From the IMG/VR virus record IMGVR_UViG_3300025326_000036, positions 1 through 56,696 of that record: DNA of 56,696 bases; one strand, written 5' to 3'. Shown here piece after piece: positions 35,730 to 44,907 of this stretch (positions within the stretch are counted from its first letter, which is position 1; each line of letters opens with the position of its first letter). The notes beneath the pieces are model-generated. The model saw nothing but the letters and a program-made list of their open reading frames with translations. It did no database searches and had not been told where the DNA came from. The position numbers and the translations under genes are program-made. This DNA comes from a virus (taxonomy: Duplodnaviria; Caudoviricetes).

Positions 35730-36474
35730 TGGTGGCTCCCTTCAACGCAGTGTATACGGACGTTAGGCTGATACCAAGCAAAATGGCGGTATCTTTCCTC
35801 GACACACCAGCATCCAACATCGCTCTGATCGCGTCGAGTTGCACCCTTCTAGGTTTACGTGGCTTATTCGGTCGCATCCAACCATCTGGTCGAACGATTT
35901 TTGGGCGACCCATGACTTTTGATCCTGTGGGTTTACCCATCTTCGGTGTAGCAATGCATTCATCGAGTGCAATCAACCCGGCTGGATCAAACAAATCGTT
36001 CAATTTAGCAAATTCACCATGTAGTCGGATAGCAGCGTCGTTGTACACTTTGGCTGCTTCAACTACATCAGTAAAATAACCCAATCTATGCTCTACCCCA
36101 CCAGCATATATACGTGCCTCCCATTTTTTGTCTCTTTTACGCCACCATACACCTTTGTAACCTGACGATGTTGGCTTCTGATTGGGTCGTCTGTTCTGGC
36201 TATTACCTGAATAAGTACTCAACCGCAGGTTACAACGTCTGTTGTCCAGTCCGTTTCCGTTAATGTGGTCAACCGGACCATCAGGAAAACCCATTATCTC
36301 TCTGTGCATAGCCACATGCTTCTTATCAGCCATTTTTCCAAGCGACACCCGGCGGGCGTATGCTGATCTACTCTCCCGATGGTCGTAGACGTACCATCTG
36401 AACTGTGACAACCGCTCATAATCCTCATCGTCAACCAGAGCGGTGTACCCTCTACCTAGTGGTATCTCTCTCAT
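35716..36474 (-). CDS. HNH-AP2 endonuclease with C-terminal resolvase-like HTH
   Basis: ALVDDEDY, MHREIM, VDHINGNGLDNRRCNLR, SGYKGV.W...W.ARI...LGYF...AA..YN.AA..LHGEFA; then GRP...LLGISLTSVY. Confidence 0.85.
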   Translation of the reverse strand: MREIPLGRGYTALVDDEDYERLSQFRWYVYDHRESRSAYARRVSLGKMADKKHVAMHREIMGFPDGPVDHINGNGLDNRRCNLRLSTYSGNSQNRRPNQKPTSSGYKGVWWRKRDKKWEARIYAGGVEHRLGYFTDVVEAAKVYNDAAIRLHGEFAKLNDLFDPAGLIALDECIATPKMGKPTGSKVMGRPKIVRPDGWMRPNKPRKPRRVQLDAIRAMLDAGVSRKDTAILLGISLTSVYTALKGATNAPT

Positions 36475-37034
36475 TTCACACCAGCCTTCTGCTGGCGCAG
36501 TATCCGGTACACCGACGCCGATCCGATACCCAACTGGCGTGCTGCGGCCAGCCGTGTAAATCCCATGTCGAGTAGAGCCATCACCTGTTCGGTTTGGTTC
36601 CTGGCGCTCGGGTGGCGGCCTTTGTACCGCTTCTCGGATTGTGCCCGAATGATACCGTCACGCTGCCGCTCCAGCATCATCTCCCGCTCAAATTGGGCGA
36701 TGGCACCGAGTACCGTCAGCATCACCTTACCTGTGGGGGTGCTGGTGTCGATATTCACATTGAGAATGCGGAAGGTCACACCTCGCTTGGTCAAGTCCTC
36801 TACGATGGTCAGTAGGTGCTGTGTGCTGCGAGCTATGCGGTCAATCTTGCAGATGACCAGTACATCGCCCTTGGTGAGCCTGCCCATGAGTGTGGTCAGT
36901 TCGGGTCGGTCATCCTTGGCCCCGCTGACCTTCTCCTTGTAGATGTGTTGACATCCTGCCGCTGTGAGCTGTTCGATCTGTGCGTCAAGGTGCTGTGCTG
37001 CGGTTGAGACCCTTCCATACCCGTAGACTGTCAT
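36471..37034 (-). CDS. Serine recombinase (resolvase/invertase family)
   Basis: YGRVST catalytic Ser, EKVSG...RPEL, DRIARS, AQFER..MLERQ..G, C-terminal HTH. Confidence 0.92.
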   Translation of the reverse strand: MTVYGYGRVSTAAQHLDAQIEQLTAAGCQHIYKEKVSGAKDDRPELTTLMGRLTKGDVLVICKIDRIARSTQHLLTIVEDLTKRGVTFRILNVNIDTSTPTGKVMLTVLGAIAQFEREMMLERQRDGIIRAQSEKRYKGRHPSARNQTEQVMALLDMGFTRLAAARQLGIGSASVYRILRQQKAGVK

Positions 37035-37391
37035 CGGTGTGTCCTCCTGTGATTTGATACCAGGAGAATACTATATCATTGATACGCCTGTCAATGACTC
37101 ATTTAACCGATTTGTAAATTTTTGTACGCACCCTGTCAGGTGGGTGGCGGCCTTTACTCAACGAGCCGCAAAAGGGGTCATGGCTCCCCCTCCCTGGCGG
37201 AATGCACAGAATTTCCAGCCTGGCTCCCCGGTTGCTGGAGCTAGATCGCCTATCCATGCGGGTTCACGATACCAAACACAACATACGGTAGATCAATGGG
37301 CGATGGTTCATTGATACAATGCCTTGTAAAATGCCCCTAAGTTATTGATCTACTTACCAATCGCCCCCTCGATCACCTGGCCAGATGCCCG

Positions 37392-37961
37392 TCATTTATA
37401 CCGATCCAGCTCAAACGGAAGGTAATCGGCCAAATTTCCGTTCAAATTAATGTTCTGCCTGACTATTGGGTCAACTCGATCCTGGACCATTGAGGCGGCG
37501 GCTAGCATGTTCGTGTGACTGGGGTAGACCTTCTCAATGTATTCAAGGGGTTGCGTCGGGTCGTCTTCCCTCATGACTGGCCGTCCGGTCGCTTTGTCGA
37601 TGATCAGGCGGCTCGTTTTGAGGGGTTTTCCCTTGAGTGCATTTTTGACCACGGACCCGGCCAGACGCTGCATTTCGACCGTGTGCAAGGAGTATTCTGA
37701 ACAATGAGCCTTTAGAATAGATACCGCTGCTGCGGATGGCTCTTTGTTATGTACCAGATTATAGGCGTCTTTCGGCTCAACTCCATGATCTACCACAAGT
37801 TTGATCGCCTTTCTAGTCCTATGCGTCAATGTTCCCTTGGGTTTGCCTGGTACCGTGGCGGTGTTCCCGCGCTTCGTGATATACGTCCTTGCTGTGGGTG
37901 TGGCTGTCACACTCGGCGCTGCCGCTGCTGCAAAAATCCCTTCTGGATCAAAGTCTTCCAT
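37392..37961 (-). CDS. Probable terminase small subunit
   Basis: First gene of leftward late operon, HTH-like N-terminal part, LAAASMVQDRVDP..QNINLN tail; own promoter. Confidence 0.5.
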   Translation of the reverse strand: MEDFDPEGIFAAAAAPSVTATPTARTYITKRGNTATVPGKPKGTLTHRTRKAIKLVVDHGVEPKDAYNLVHNKEPSAAAVSILKAHCSEYSLHTVEMQRLAGSVVKNALKGKPLKTSRLIIDKATGRPVMREDDPTQPLEYIEKVYPSHTNMLAAASMVQDRVDPIVRQNINLNGNLADYLPFELDRYK

Positions 37962-38026
37962 AACTGAGTATTCCTTTTACTCACTGGTGTGTTGAAAATG
38001 TACTCACTGACTATTTGCCTCGCGGG

Positions 38027-38056
38027 ATAATAACGCATGGGTGTGCCGTGTGTCAA
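38027..38056 (-). promoter_or_regulatory. Promoter upstream of putative terS
   Basis: TTGACA-18 bp-TATTAT. Confidence 0.55.
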
Positions 38057-38129
38057 GAGGCATGATCACATGCGGCGCTGCCTGGCCGTGTGACGAGGTG
38101 AGCGGTGGCCAGAACTCCCAATGGCTGTA

Positions 38130-38545
38130 TTTTCCTGTAATCGTTCTGGGGTTGTTGATTTCATTGAATAAATCTGAATCCCAGTGGCGCGCTCCATATC
38201 GCCTATGTAATTAGTGATAAAAGATAAATATTGAATCTATTATTCTATTATATAATACAGTAATAACATCACATATTTATCTTTTATCATCACCACTATA
38301 CATTAACTAATAGAAAGTAAAGGGATTAAAATAGAGAAGGGTTAAGTGACTGAAATTATTGATTTCCCGCTACTCTATCATGGTTGGAATAGCATATGGA
38401 GTAACGGGGTGGCCGGTGACGTAATTACAGGTAGTTACAGCGTCGGCTGCTGGCCGCTGTGAGGCGTGTGAAAATAAATGCTTGTTGCTGTTGTAGTCAG
38501 TAGAAATCTGTGTTACTACGTCGTATCAGAGTTTCATAATAACTA
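38130..38545. other. AT-rich non-coding divergence region (candidate origin, genome end or control region)
   Basis: No ORF >=60 aa; very AT-rich 38205-38365; between divergent genes. Confidence 0.5.
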
Positions 38546-38562
38546 CGGTAAAGGGGTACCAC

Positions 38563-39279
38563 ATGGCAACTCAGTCATACAAGTGTTTAAAGTGCGGGAT
38601 GGAGTGGAATAGTAATAAACCGGGACATCCTGTCCAGTGCAAAAGGTGCAAGCGGAAAGATTGGGACGGGCTACATAATAGCACGGGGCGGCTGCTGTCT
38701 GCCCCGGTGGTGCGGGTTGCTGCAGCGGCGGTGCCGAGTGTGACGGTTGGCGTGCCGTGTACCTGTGCATGGTGCGGCGGTTCTTGGGTGTCGCGGTCTG
38801 CTGAGACGGTCCCGGTGCAATGCCCCAAGTGCAAGCGGGTGAAGTGGGGTGGTGTCGATCCATTCGACCCTGAGGGGTTGCTAGAGCCTGGCCGGTGCAA
38901 GTGTGACAAGTGCGGTAATGATTGGATAAGCAAGGTTGCTGGATTGCCTAAGGCTTGCCCATCGTGCCGGGCAACGAATTGGAGTAAGGCTGCTGTTGAT
39001 GCTTGGGTACATGAGCGGAAAAACCCTGAGTTGGCCGATTGCGCTATTAAATGGTTCTATGCGTCAACGGGTCCACGTGGCGCGAAAGAGTTGCAAGGTG
39101 ACCCGGTAACAGGGACACACCAATGGCATGTGAATATAACCGGCCTATGTAATATCTGCGGTTGGAATAATCTTACCGGTGTGCAAGTCGGCAACAATAA
39201 CCCTACACCGATAACGGAAGCTGAACGTGAGCGGCGTATAACGCAATGGGAGATGGAAAACCCTGGGGAGAAATGGTAA
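38563..39279 (+). CDS. Multi zinc-ribbon protein
   Basis: Three C..CG..W.S....P..C..C....W modules plus H...CNIC. Confidence 0.7.
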   Translation: MATQSYKCLKCGMEWNSNKPGHPVQCKRCKRKDWDGLHNSTGRLLSAPVVRVAAAAVPSVTVGVPCTCAWCGGSWVSRSAETVPVQCPKCKRVKWGGVDPFDPEGLLEPGRCKCDKCGNDWISKVAGLPKACPSCRATNWSKAAVDAWVHERKNPELADCAIKWFYASTGPRGAKELQGDPVTGTHQWHVNITGLCNICGWNNLTGVQVGNNNPTPITEAERERRITQWEMENPGEKW

Positions 39280-39560
39280 TGACAAAGCGAAAAGCGACGA
39301 AAGCGGAACGATTGGAAACAAAGCGGCTATCTAGCGAAAAATGGTACGATTGGCACGTCAAGCATTACCCGGCTGTAGTGATGCTGCCTGACGCAAAGCC
39401 TGACGGGTTACTGAGTAAGGCGGCGGCTATCGCTGGCGGGGTGCGGTGGTATCGTACCGGTGAGAGGTTGCCGTGTGGCCATGCAAGTTGGCAATTCGTG
39501 AGCAATGATAAGTGCCGGGCGTGCGGTCTGGTTGCTGCGGTTGCGGGTATGGAGCGATAA
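39279..39560 (+). CDS. Hypothetical protein
   Basis: TAATG overlap; AAA.AGG.RWYRTG..PCGH...CRAC. Confidence 0.55.
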   Translation: MTKRKATKAERLETKRLSSEKWYDWHVKHYPAVVMLPDAKPDGLLSKAAAIAGGVRWYRTGERLPCGHASWQFVSNDKCRACGLVAAVAGMER

Positions 39561-39587
39561 GCGGTGCCGGTACGTGAGCCGGTGTGA

Positions 39588-39941
39588 ATGTATAACAAGG
39601 GGATTAAGACAATGGAGATCTATGTATTAAGCTCGATGGTTGGCCGGTACGATTCGACGGATATTGATGATCGTACCGTTGTAATTGTGGGGCGGGAACG
39701 TGCGGAATACTGGTATGATTACCGGCTAAAAGACATCCTGACAAGGGTAGGTGATAGCAGGGATTACAACATCGTGGTTGAACTGATTGAACCGTTCGTA
39801 TCCCATGCGACGGGGTGTCTTGTCGCGGAAAGAGATAAACCTGCCGTTAGGAGGTACGTCAGAATGTCGGATGCTCACGCTCACACGGGTGAGATTGCTG
39901 TTGGGGTGCTATGCAACTCCTGGGTGTCTGCGGGTCTGTAG
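39588..39941 (+). CDS. Hypothetical protein
   Basis: ORF track; start uncertain. Confidence 0.45.
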   Translation: MYNKGIKTMEIYVLSSMVGRYDSTDIDDRTVVIVGRERAEYWYDYRLKDILTRVGDSRDYNIVVELIEPFVSHATGCLVAERDKPAVRRYVRMSDAHAHTGEIAVGVLCNSWVSAGL

Positions 39942-39963
39942 CACTGGTTGTGCAGGGTAGCAG

Positions 39964-40001
39964 ATAGGCCCGGTGCCGTGTTGAGCGGTCACCGGGCCTA
40001 T
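39964..40001. terminator. Hairpin between convergent early operons
   Basis: ATAGGCCCGGTG/CACCGGGCCTAT 12-bp inverted repeat. Confidence 0.65.
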
Positions 40002-40005
40002 TGCA

Positions 40006-40419
40006 TCAGCAACAGGTCTCGTCTCCCTCGTCAAGCTGTTCGAGGCAATACGGGCCGGGTTCGGCATCCTGTATGCTCCAACTAGCGCCACAATCCGGGC
40101 AAGATGCGAAGTGTTGTCCGTGCTCATAGAATACCTGCCGCGTGTGCTCCCTCCCCTCGTCTTCTCCTTCTAACCATGCTTCGATATCTGCCGTTGCGTC
40201 GGGGTCCGTTGTGCTCGGCTGCTTTGCCGGTGTGGGTATTCGGTGTCCATATTTAACAAGGTAAACCATCGCTGCGGCTTGCTCCTGCAGTTCGTCAATC
40301 TCAGTGTTCCCAGCGTCTACGGTCTCGATGAAGGAAGTAAGTTCGTTAACGAGTTCTTTCAGGTCGTTAATCTGATCGTCGTTGCTTGTGTAATCATCAT
40401 CGTTCATTGGGTTGCTCAT
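40006..40419 (-). CDS. Acidic early protein with Zn-ribbon
   Basis: AAGGGAG RBS; CPDCG. Confidence 0.6.
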   Translation of the reverse strand: MSNPMNDDDYTSNDDQINDLKELVNELTSFIETVDAGNTEIDELQEQAAAMVYLVKYGHRIPTPAKQPSTTDPDATADIEAWLEGEDEGREHTRQVFYEHGQHFASCPDCGASWSIQDAEPGPYCLEQLDEGDETCC

Positions 40420-40503
40420 GCTCTACTCTCCCTTGCCTCTCGGCGCTATCCCCGATACCAAATTATCAACAAGTAAATGCCTATACTGACGGCGGCTAAT
40501 AGT

Positions 40504-40767
40504 TCAGTCATGGCTGCACCGTGGTTGCGGTGTGCACCGGTCCGCTATATCCAGCAATGCGGCGGCTACCTGGCGAAGTGTCACGGGGTCCGATGGTATC
40601 TCGATGCTGCATCTGCCCGTTGTGTCGCGGGTCGTGGTTGGCTGCAGGATGACTATGTGGCTGGTGCCGGTGTGGTATATCTCAAGGCCGGATGACTTGA
40701 AATAACCGTTACGGCCTATGAAATGGGTGGTTGTTGGGTATGGTATGTCTTGGCGCTGTGTGCTCAT
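40504..40767 (-). CDS. Hypothetical early protein
   Basis: GAGGTG RBS, ATGA overlap. Confidence 0.55.
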   Translation of the reverse strand: MSTQRQDIPYPTTTHFIGRNGYFKSSGLEIYHTGTSHIVILQPTTTRDTTGRCSIEIPSDPVTLRQVAAALLDIADRCTPQPRCSHD

Positions 40768-41066
40768 GGCTGCACCTCGTCAATATACATTCCGTTTATG
40801 CCGGTGTGATATTTCCATCGGATCGGTTTAACATCCGCATTGCGTGTTGCAAGATACAGAAGGTTTTTGTTGTCCTTCCATGCGTAAAAATAGCATTCGG
40901 ACTGTGCAAGTTGAAAACCGGCGATAAATGCCTTGATATCTGCCGGGGTTCTCATGCCGAGTTTGACGGCTAATAATTCGGCTTCGTCTACTCGGTAAAA
41001 TCGGGGTGCCCCTTCCAACATACCTTTTTCAAATGCGTATGTCTGAGTAATTTTCAGTTTGATCAC
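40764..41066 (-). CDS. Hypothetical early protein
   Basis: AAGGAGG RBS, GTG start. Confidence 0.55.
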   Translation of the reverse strand: MIKLKITQTYAFEKGMLEGAPRFYRVDEAELLAVKLGMRTPADIKAFIAGFQLAQSECYFYAWKDNKNLLYLATRNADVKPIRWKYHTGINGMYIDEVQP

Positions 41067-41203
41067 GGCTTGCCTCCTTTAATGCTTCGAGTAGGCCCGG
41101 CGCTGCCTGGCCGTGTGACGGCTAACAGTCGGGCGGTTGCTGCGGTGGCCTGGTTGGCCGGTGGTGGTGTGGGTTGCATGACTGGTGCCTCCTGGCGGTG
41201 TGA

Positions 41204-41482
41204 TTACCTGCGTTGCGGGTGGTCTTCCGATATGTGGCCGGCTGCAATCCATGTAATCCGCTGTTCGTTCTGCTCGCGGTCCTGTAGCTCCTCGTCGTCC
41301 CAATCGCCATATTCTGCTAGCTCGGCTATCAGGTCGGCGTCCGGTATGGCGGCAAGCTGGCGGCGTATGCGTGGGATGAGGGTGAGGGCTTCCACGTCGC
41401 GGTCACATTGCCCGGCGTGGCTGGCGCTGCGTGCCTGGTCAAGCGTCATGGTTATGGTGAAGCGGTTAAATAGGGCTTCCAT
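41204..41482 (-). CDS. Hypothetical early protein
   Basis: GGAGG RBS; SHAGQCD.DV..L...EL.EYG.WD..EL.D...N..RI.WIAA. Confidence 0.6.
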   Translation of the reverse strand: MEALFNRFTITMTLDQARSASHAGQCDRDVEALTLIPRIRRQLAAIPDADLIAELAEYGDWDDEELQDREQNEQRITWIAAGHISEDHPQRR

Positions 41483-41495
41483 GTGGGTGCCTCCG

Positions 41496-41849
41496 TTACG
41501 GGTAGTCGTTCATGTGGCGCTCTACAATATCGCCCCATGATGAGATGGTAAGCGTGCCGGTCTTGTGGTTGTAACAAATGGTTGGTATGTAGGTGTCTCC
41601 GGTGTTCAGGTAGGTGATACCGTAATGCCCGTATTGGTCGTCGTCGCGGTGCGTTATGTACTCGATGCCGTGGGTCTGGAGCAAGGTGTTCAGGGCGCTG
41701 AAACGGTATTGCAAGCGGTTCTCTGTGACGGGTCGATCTGCGAGCGGTAACAGCTCAGCGCGGATCTGCTTAGCAAGGGTCGCGGGGTCTCCTACCTTAT
41801 CGAGCCAATTGAGGCGTGCGGCGATTGTCTTAACGGTTGGTATGTTCAT
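41496..41849 (-). CDS. Hypothetical early protein
   Basis: Start MNIPTV (AGGAGG RBS); THGIE...YLNTGDTY..T...SSWGD. Confidence 0.6.
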   Translation of the reverse strand: MNIPTVKTIAARLNWLDKVGDPATLAKQIRAELLPLADRPVTENRLQYRFSALNTLLQTHGIEYITHRDDDQYGHYGITYLNTGDTYIPTICYNHKTGTLTISSWGDIVERHMNDYP

Positions 41850-42067
41850 TGGCTGGTGCCTCCTGGTAATGTGGGTTGCATCCATCCGGCAAGTCGGGCG
41901 CTGCGTTCCTCGGCGTGTCGCTCCTGGGCGGCTGCGGCCTGGGGGCGGGTGTGGTGTGACGATATGAATTCGCCGTGATAGGTCAGGGTGTATGGGCGCT
42001 GCTGCGTCGGGTCGCGGGTTATGGTGTATCTGCGGTCTCTCATGGCGGCTCCCGTGGGGCGATGCGG

Positions 42068-42751
42068 CTACTCCCCGAAATAGAATACCCTGCAGTATGC
42101 CAGCAAAGCGCGGTTGTCTTCTCCGGTAGTTACCAGTTCCCCCCACGAAGTAAACCAGTCCTGAAATTCGATCCATGCTCTATCCGGCTCGTTGTACTGG
42201 CCCAATTCGCCTACAATCTTGCAAGCGGGGCCTCCGGTGCAAAGCAATATCTCAAATTCGGTGTCTTCTGCCGTCTCGCCGGGGCTGTGCCAGTCGCTGC
42301 GGACCTGCACGCTGAGGGCGTCCTCCTCGATGCGGCGGCGGGCGTCGTCGGCGTCGGTGCAATCTCCTGCCTCGGCTATCAGGTCGTCAAGTTCCTCCTG
42401 GTTTTCTTCTTTCCATGCTTCAAGGGCGGCGGCGGCTGCTTCTTTGCGTTCTTTCTTGGTGGTGGCGTCGGTTACTGCCTCGGTGAGTTCGGTCAACTCG
42501 TCCCTCAGTTCCTCAATTCGATCATAGTCACACTCGAGGGCGGCTACCATTTCGATGATGCTGGCAAGTTGCGCTTTGGCATGGTTGCGTGCTGCTTCGT
42601 TCTTGTCGGGCTGCGGTGCGGTTGCCTCGGTGACGGCTCCCCTAAGTGCTGCGAGTGCGTCGGCAAGTTGTAAGCCGTCACGGGTTGCGGGGGTTGCCAG
42701 TGTGAGTGCCAATAGGTTGTTGGCTGCGGTTATAAGTCTGTAGTCGTTCAT
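42068..42751 (-). CDS. Hypothetical acidic early protein
   Basis: AAGGAGG RBS; EDALSVQVRSDW, EILLCTGGPA, QDWF. Confidence 0.65.
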   Translation of the reverse strand: MNDYRLITAANNLLALTLATPATRDGLQLADALAALRGAVTEATAPQPDKNEAARNHAKAQLASIIEMVAALECDYDRIEELRDELTELTEAVTDATTKKERKEAAAAALEAWKEENQEELDDLIAEAGDCTDADDARRRIEEDALSVQVRSDWHSPGETAEDTEFEILLCTGGPACKIVGELGQYNEPDRAWIEFQDWFTSWGELVTTGEDNRALLAYCRVFYFGE

Positions 42752-43006
42752 GGGTCATGCCTCCTTAATGGTGTAGATCGCGGGGCGGTTGTTGTTCAGT
42801 TCCTGATTATTGGCGATGTCAACAAAGTGGGCGGCTTGCTGATATGTCGGGTGGCTTTCCAGCGTGACGCCGGTCACCTTGTTGACTATGATATATTTGT
42901 CCTTGGGATTGATCTGCATGTCTATTGCCTCCTGGCTGCTTGGGCGCCGTGGCGCGTTGGTTACGTGTCGGGGGTGTGGCTATGGGTGCGGCTGCCTCAC
43001 GGCTGG

Positions 43007-43666
43007 CTAATACATCTCGCCGTCTTCCGTAAAGTCATAATCGTTTATTTCAATGGCTTCCTGACAAGCTTCCTCGCCGGTGCGGTAGTCGTATTCGTTT
43101 TCAAGCTGGCTGTAAATCCAGTCGGCAAAGTCGCGCATACATTCTTTAACCGTGTCTTCTGCGTCGTCGGTCATGGGTTTTTCGTCGTAGCGTTCCACGT
43201 CAACAGACATCGTGCCTGAGTGGGAGTAAAGATTAGAATTGTGTCCGCGTCCCATTCTGGAGGTGAGCTGGTAAAAGTTCCGGCGCTGCACTTCCTGCAG
43301 GGTTGTGGCTATCCTCAACAATTCCCGGTCTCCCTTGCTGGCTGTCTCGGCCTTGATTGCTGCCGGTGCGCCTTTGCGGTATGCATAGCGGCCTTCAAAA
43401 CTTGCGCCGTCTCCTTGGCTGCAAAAACCTGAGTAATAAACGGCGGGGTCCTGGCGGGTCGTGTTGTTCATCAGTTTCACGGCGTGCGTGTCAATCTCGA
43501 TCCCGATAAGCGCGGCCATATTTACGGCGTCGTCAATAACACATTCCGCGTCAAATCCCTCACTTGATTCATACTGCGATTGCTTCTCGATGGCGTGTTG
43601 CTTGGCCTGGTCCGACAGTTCGGAAAACTTGTAAACGGTTGTTTGGGTTGTCTCAATTCGTGGCAT
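43007..43666 (-). CDS. Conserved phage/plasmid early protein (YSGF.SQGDGA.FEG family)
   Basis: VYKFSELSD.AK..A, YYSGFCSQGDGASFEG, WIY.QLE.EYDY, YDFTEDG. Confidence 0.65.
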   Translation of the reverse strand: MPRIETTQTTVYKFSELSDQAKQHAIEKQSQYESSEGFDAECVIDDAVNMAALIGIEIDTHAVKLMNNTTRQDPAVYYSGFCSQGDGASFEGRYAYRKGAPAAIKAETASKGDRELLRIATTLQEVQRRNFYQLTSRMGRGHNSNLYSHSGTMSVDVERYDEKPMTDDAEDTVKECMRDFADWIYSQLENEYDYRTGEEACQEAIEINDYDFTEDGEMY

Positions 43667-43819
43667 AGTCACACCTCCTAAGTGTAAAATTGACTCGGTA
43701 CCATGCTAAGTCTATCCGGCGTATCATGCTGCAAGCTGTCGCGTTGGCCGGGTTGCGGTGGTTGTAAATGGTTACCTGGTCTCCATCGCGGGTGTAATAT
43801 CGCTGGTCGCGTTGCATGG

Positions 43820-44023
43820 TCACACCTCCTGGTCGTCCGTGCGGCTGCAGCGGGTAACGTCAATCCATGCGGTACCGGTACCCTGGCAGGGGGTTACCTG
43901 CACACGGGGTACTCCGTATGCGGTCTTGGCGTCAAGTACGCGCATGGCTACCTGGAAGCTGTCGAACCGTACTGAGACGGTCTGTCCTATTGCCTGGCTG
44001 AGTGTTGCGGCTGTGTAGGTCAT
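43820..44023 (-). CDS. Hypothetical early protein
   Basis: AGGAG RBS; VLDAKTAYG..R..VTP..G.G..W. Confidence 0.55.
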   Translation of the reverse strand: MTYTAATLSQAIGQTVSVRFDSFQVAMRVLDAKTAYGVPRVQVTPCQGTGTAWIDVTRCSRTDDQEV

Positions 44024-44335
44024 GGGGTCGGCTCCTGTGCTGTGGGTTGGTAGTCGATCAGCTCGGCGGCTGCTTGTTCGGCTGTAAGTTGCGGTTGCCA
44101 TAATGTGGCGCGGATGGTGGTGCGGCCATTGATCCGGCTGTAAATGTAGACTAGCATGTGTGGCGTGCCTCCCTTGCTATTACCAGTTGGATAAAATCAG
44201 CGGCTTGCTGCTCCCCTCGAAACGTGCTTACATGCTCGTATGCCTGGTGCCGGTTGCTCCAGCGTTTGACGGCGTACCATCCGATACCTGTAAGCGGTGC
44301 GGGGGTGGTGATGTATTTTTGCATGGCCTGATTCC

Positions 44336-44521
44336 TTAGAAGTATACGACGTTGGATTTTTTCACCTGGGCGGCAAGGGTGTCGGCTCCCTTGCGGGTTG
44401 CGCGGGTTCCAAAGTGGTGAACCGTTCCCATTTTGTTGAGTTCGTGCCCCAATACCATAAAGCCGGGTTTATCGCTGAACTGCATTTCACGAACCACGAT
44501 TTTCTCAAAGATTGCTTTCAT
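44336..44521 (-). CDS. First gene of leftward early operon, hypothetical
   Basis: Directly downstream of consensus promoter. Confidence 0.55.
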   Translation of the reverse strand: MKAIFEKIVVREMQFSDKPGFMVLGHELNKMGTVHHFGTRATRKGADTLAAQVKKSNVVYF

Positions 44522-44560
44522 TGGTTGGCCCCCTATGTCTGTAATGGATAACTGTCATAA

Positions 44561-44589
44561 TTTATATCAGGCTTCCAATTACCTGTCAA
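44561..44589 (-). promoter_or_regulatory. Strong early promoter
   Basis: TTGACA-17 bp-TATAAA with AT-rich UP region. Confidence 0.75.
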
Positions 44590-44689
44590 TCATTTATTTA
44601 CAATTTATTTTTAGGGGGTGCTGCGGGGGTGCGGATCGCGGCGAGCTGGCGCGGGAATGGTGTGGCTATATAGTATAGTGCGCCGTGGA

Positions 44690-44853
44690 GGTCCAGGCCG
44701 TCGCCGGTCTCCCGGTAGGGTCCAGGCCGTCGCCGGTCTCCCGGTAGGGGTCCAGGCCGTCGCCGGTCTCCCGGTAGGGTCCAGGCCGTCGCCGGTCTCC
44801 CGGTAGGGTCCAGGCCGTCGCCGGTCTCCCGGAAGGGTCCAGGCCGTCGCCGG
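44690..44853. repeat. 29-bp GC-rich tandem repeat, 5 full plus 1 partial copy
   Basis: GGGTCCAGGCCGTCGCCGGTCTCCCGGTA; GTCCAGG at 44691, 44720, 44750, 44779, 44808, 44837. Confidence 0.95.
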
Positions 44854-44907
44854 GGGTGCTAGTCTTAATGAGAATTTGTTAATGAGAAGGGTTGGTGGGG
44901 CCAGGTA

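Noticed and set aside
43007-43666. Toxin-antitoxin system
   Set aside because: From recollection this family is often auto-labelled antitoxin, but no cognate toxin is recognisable and the context is an early-gene cluster.
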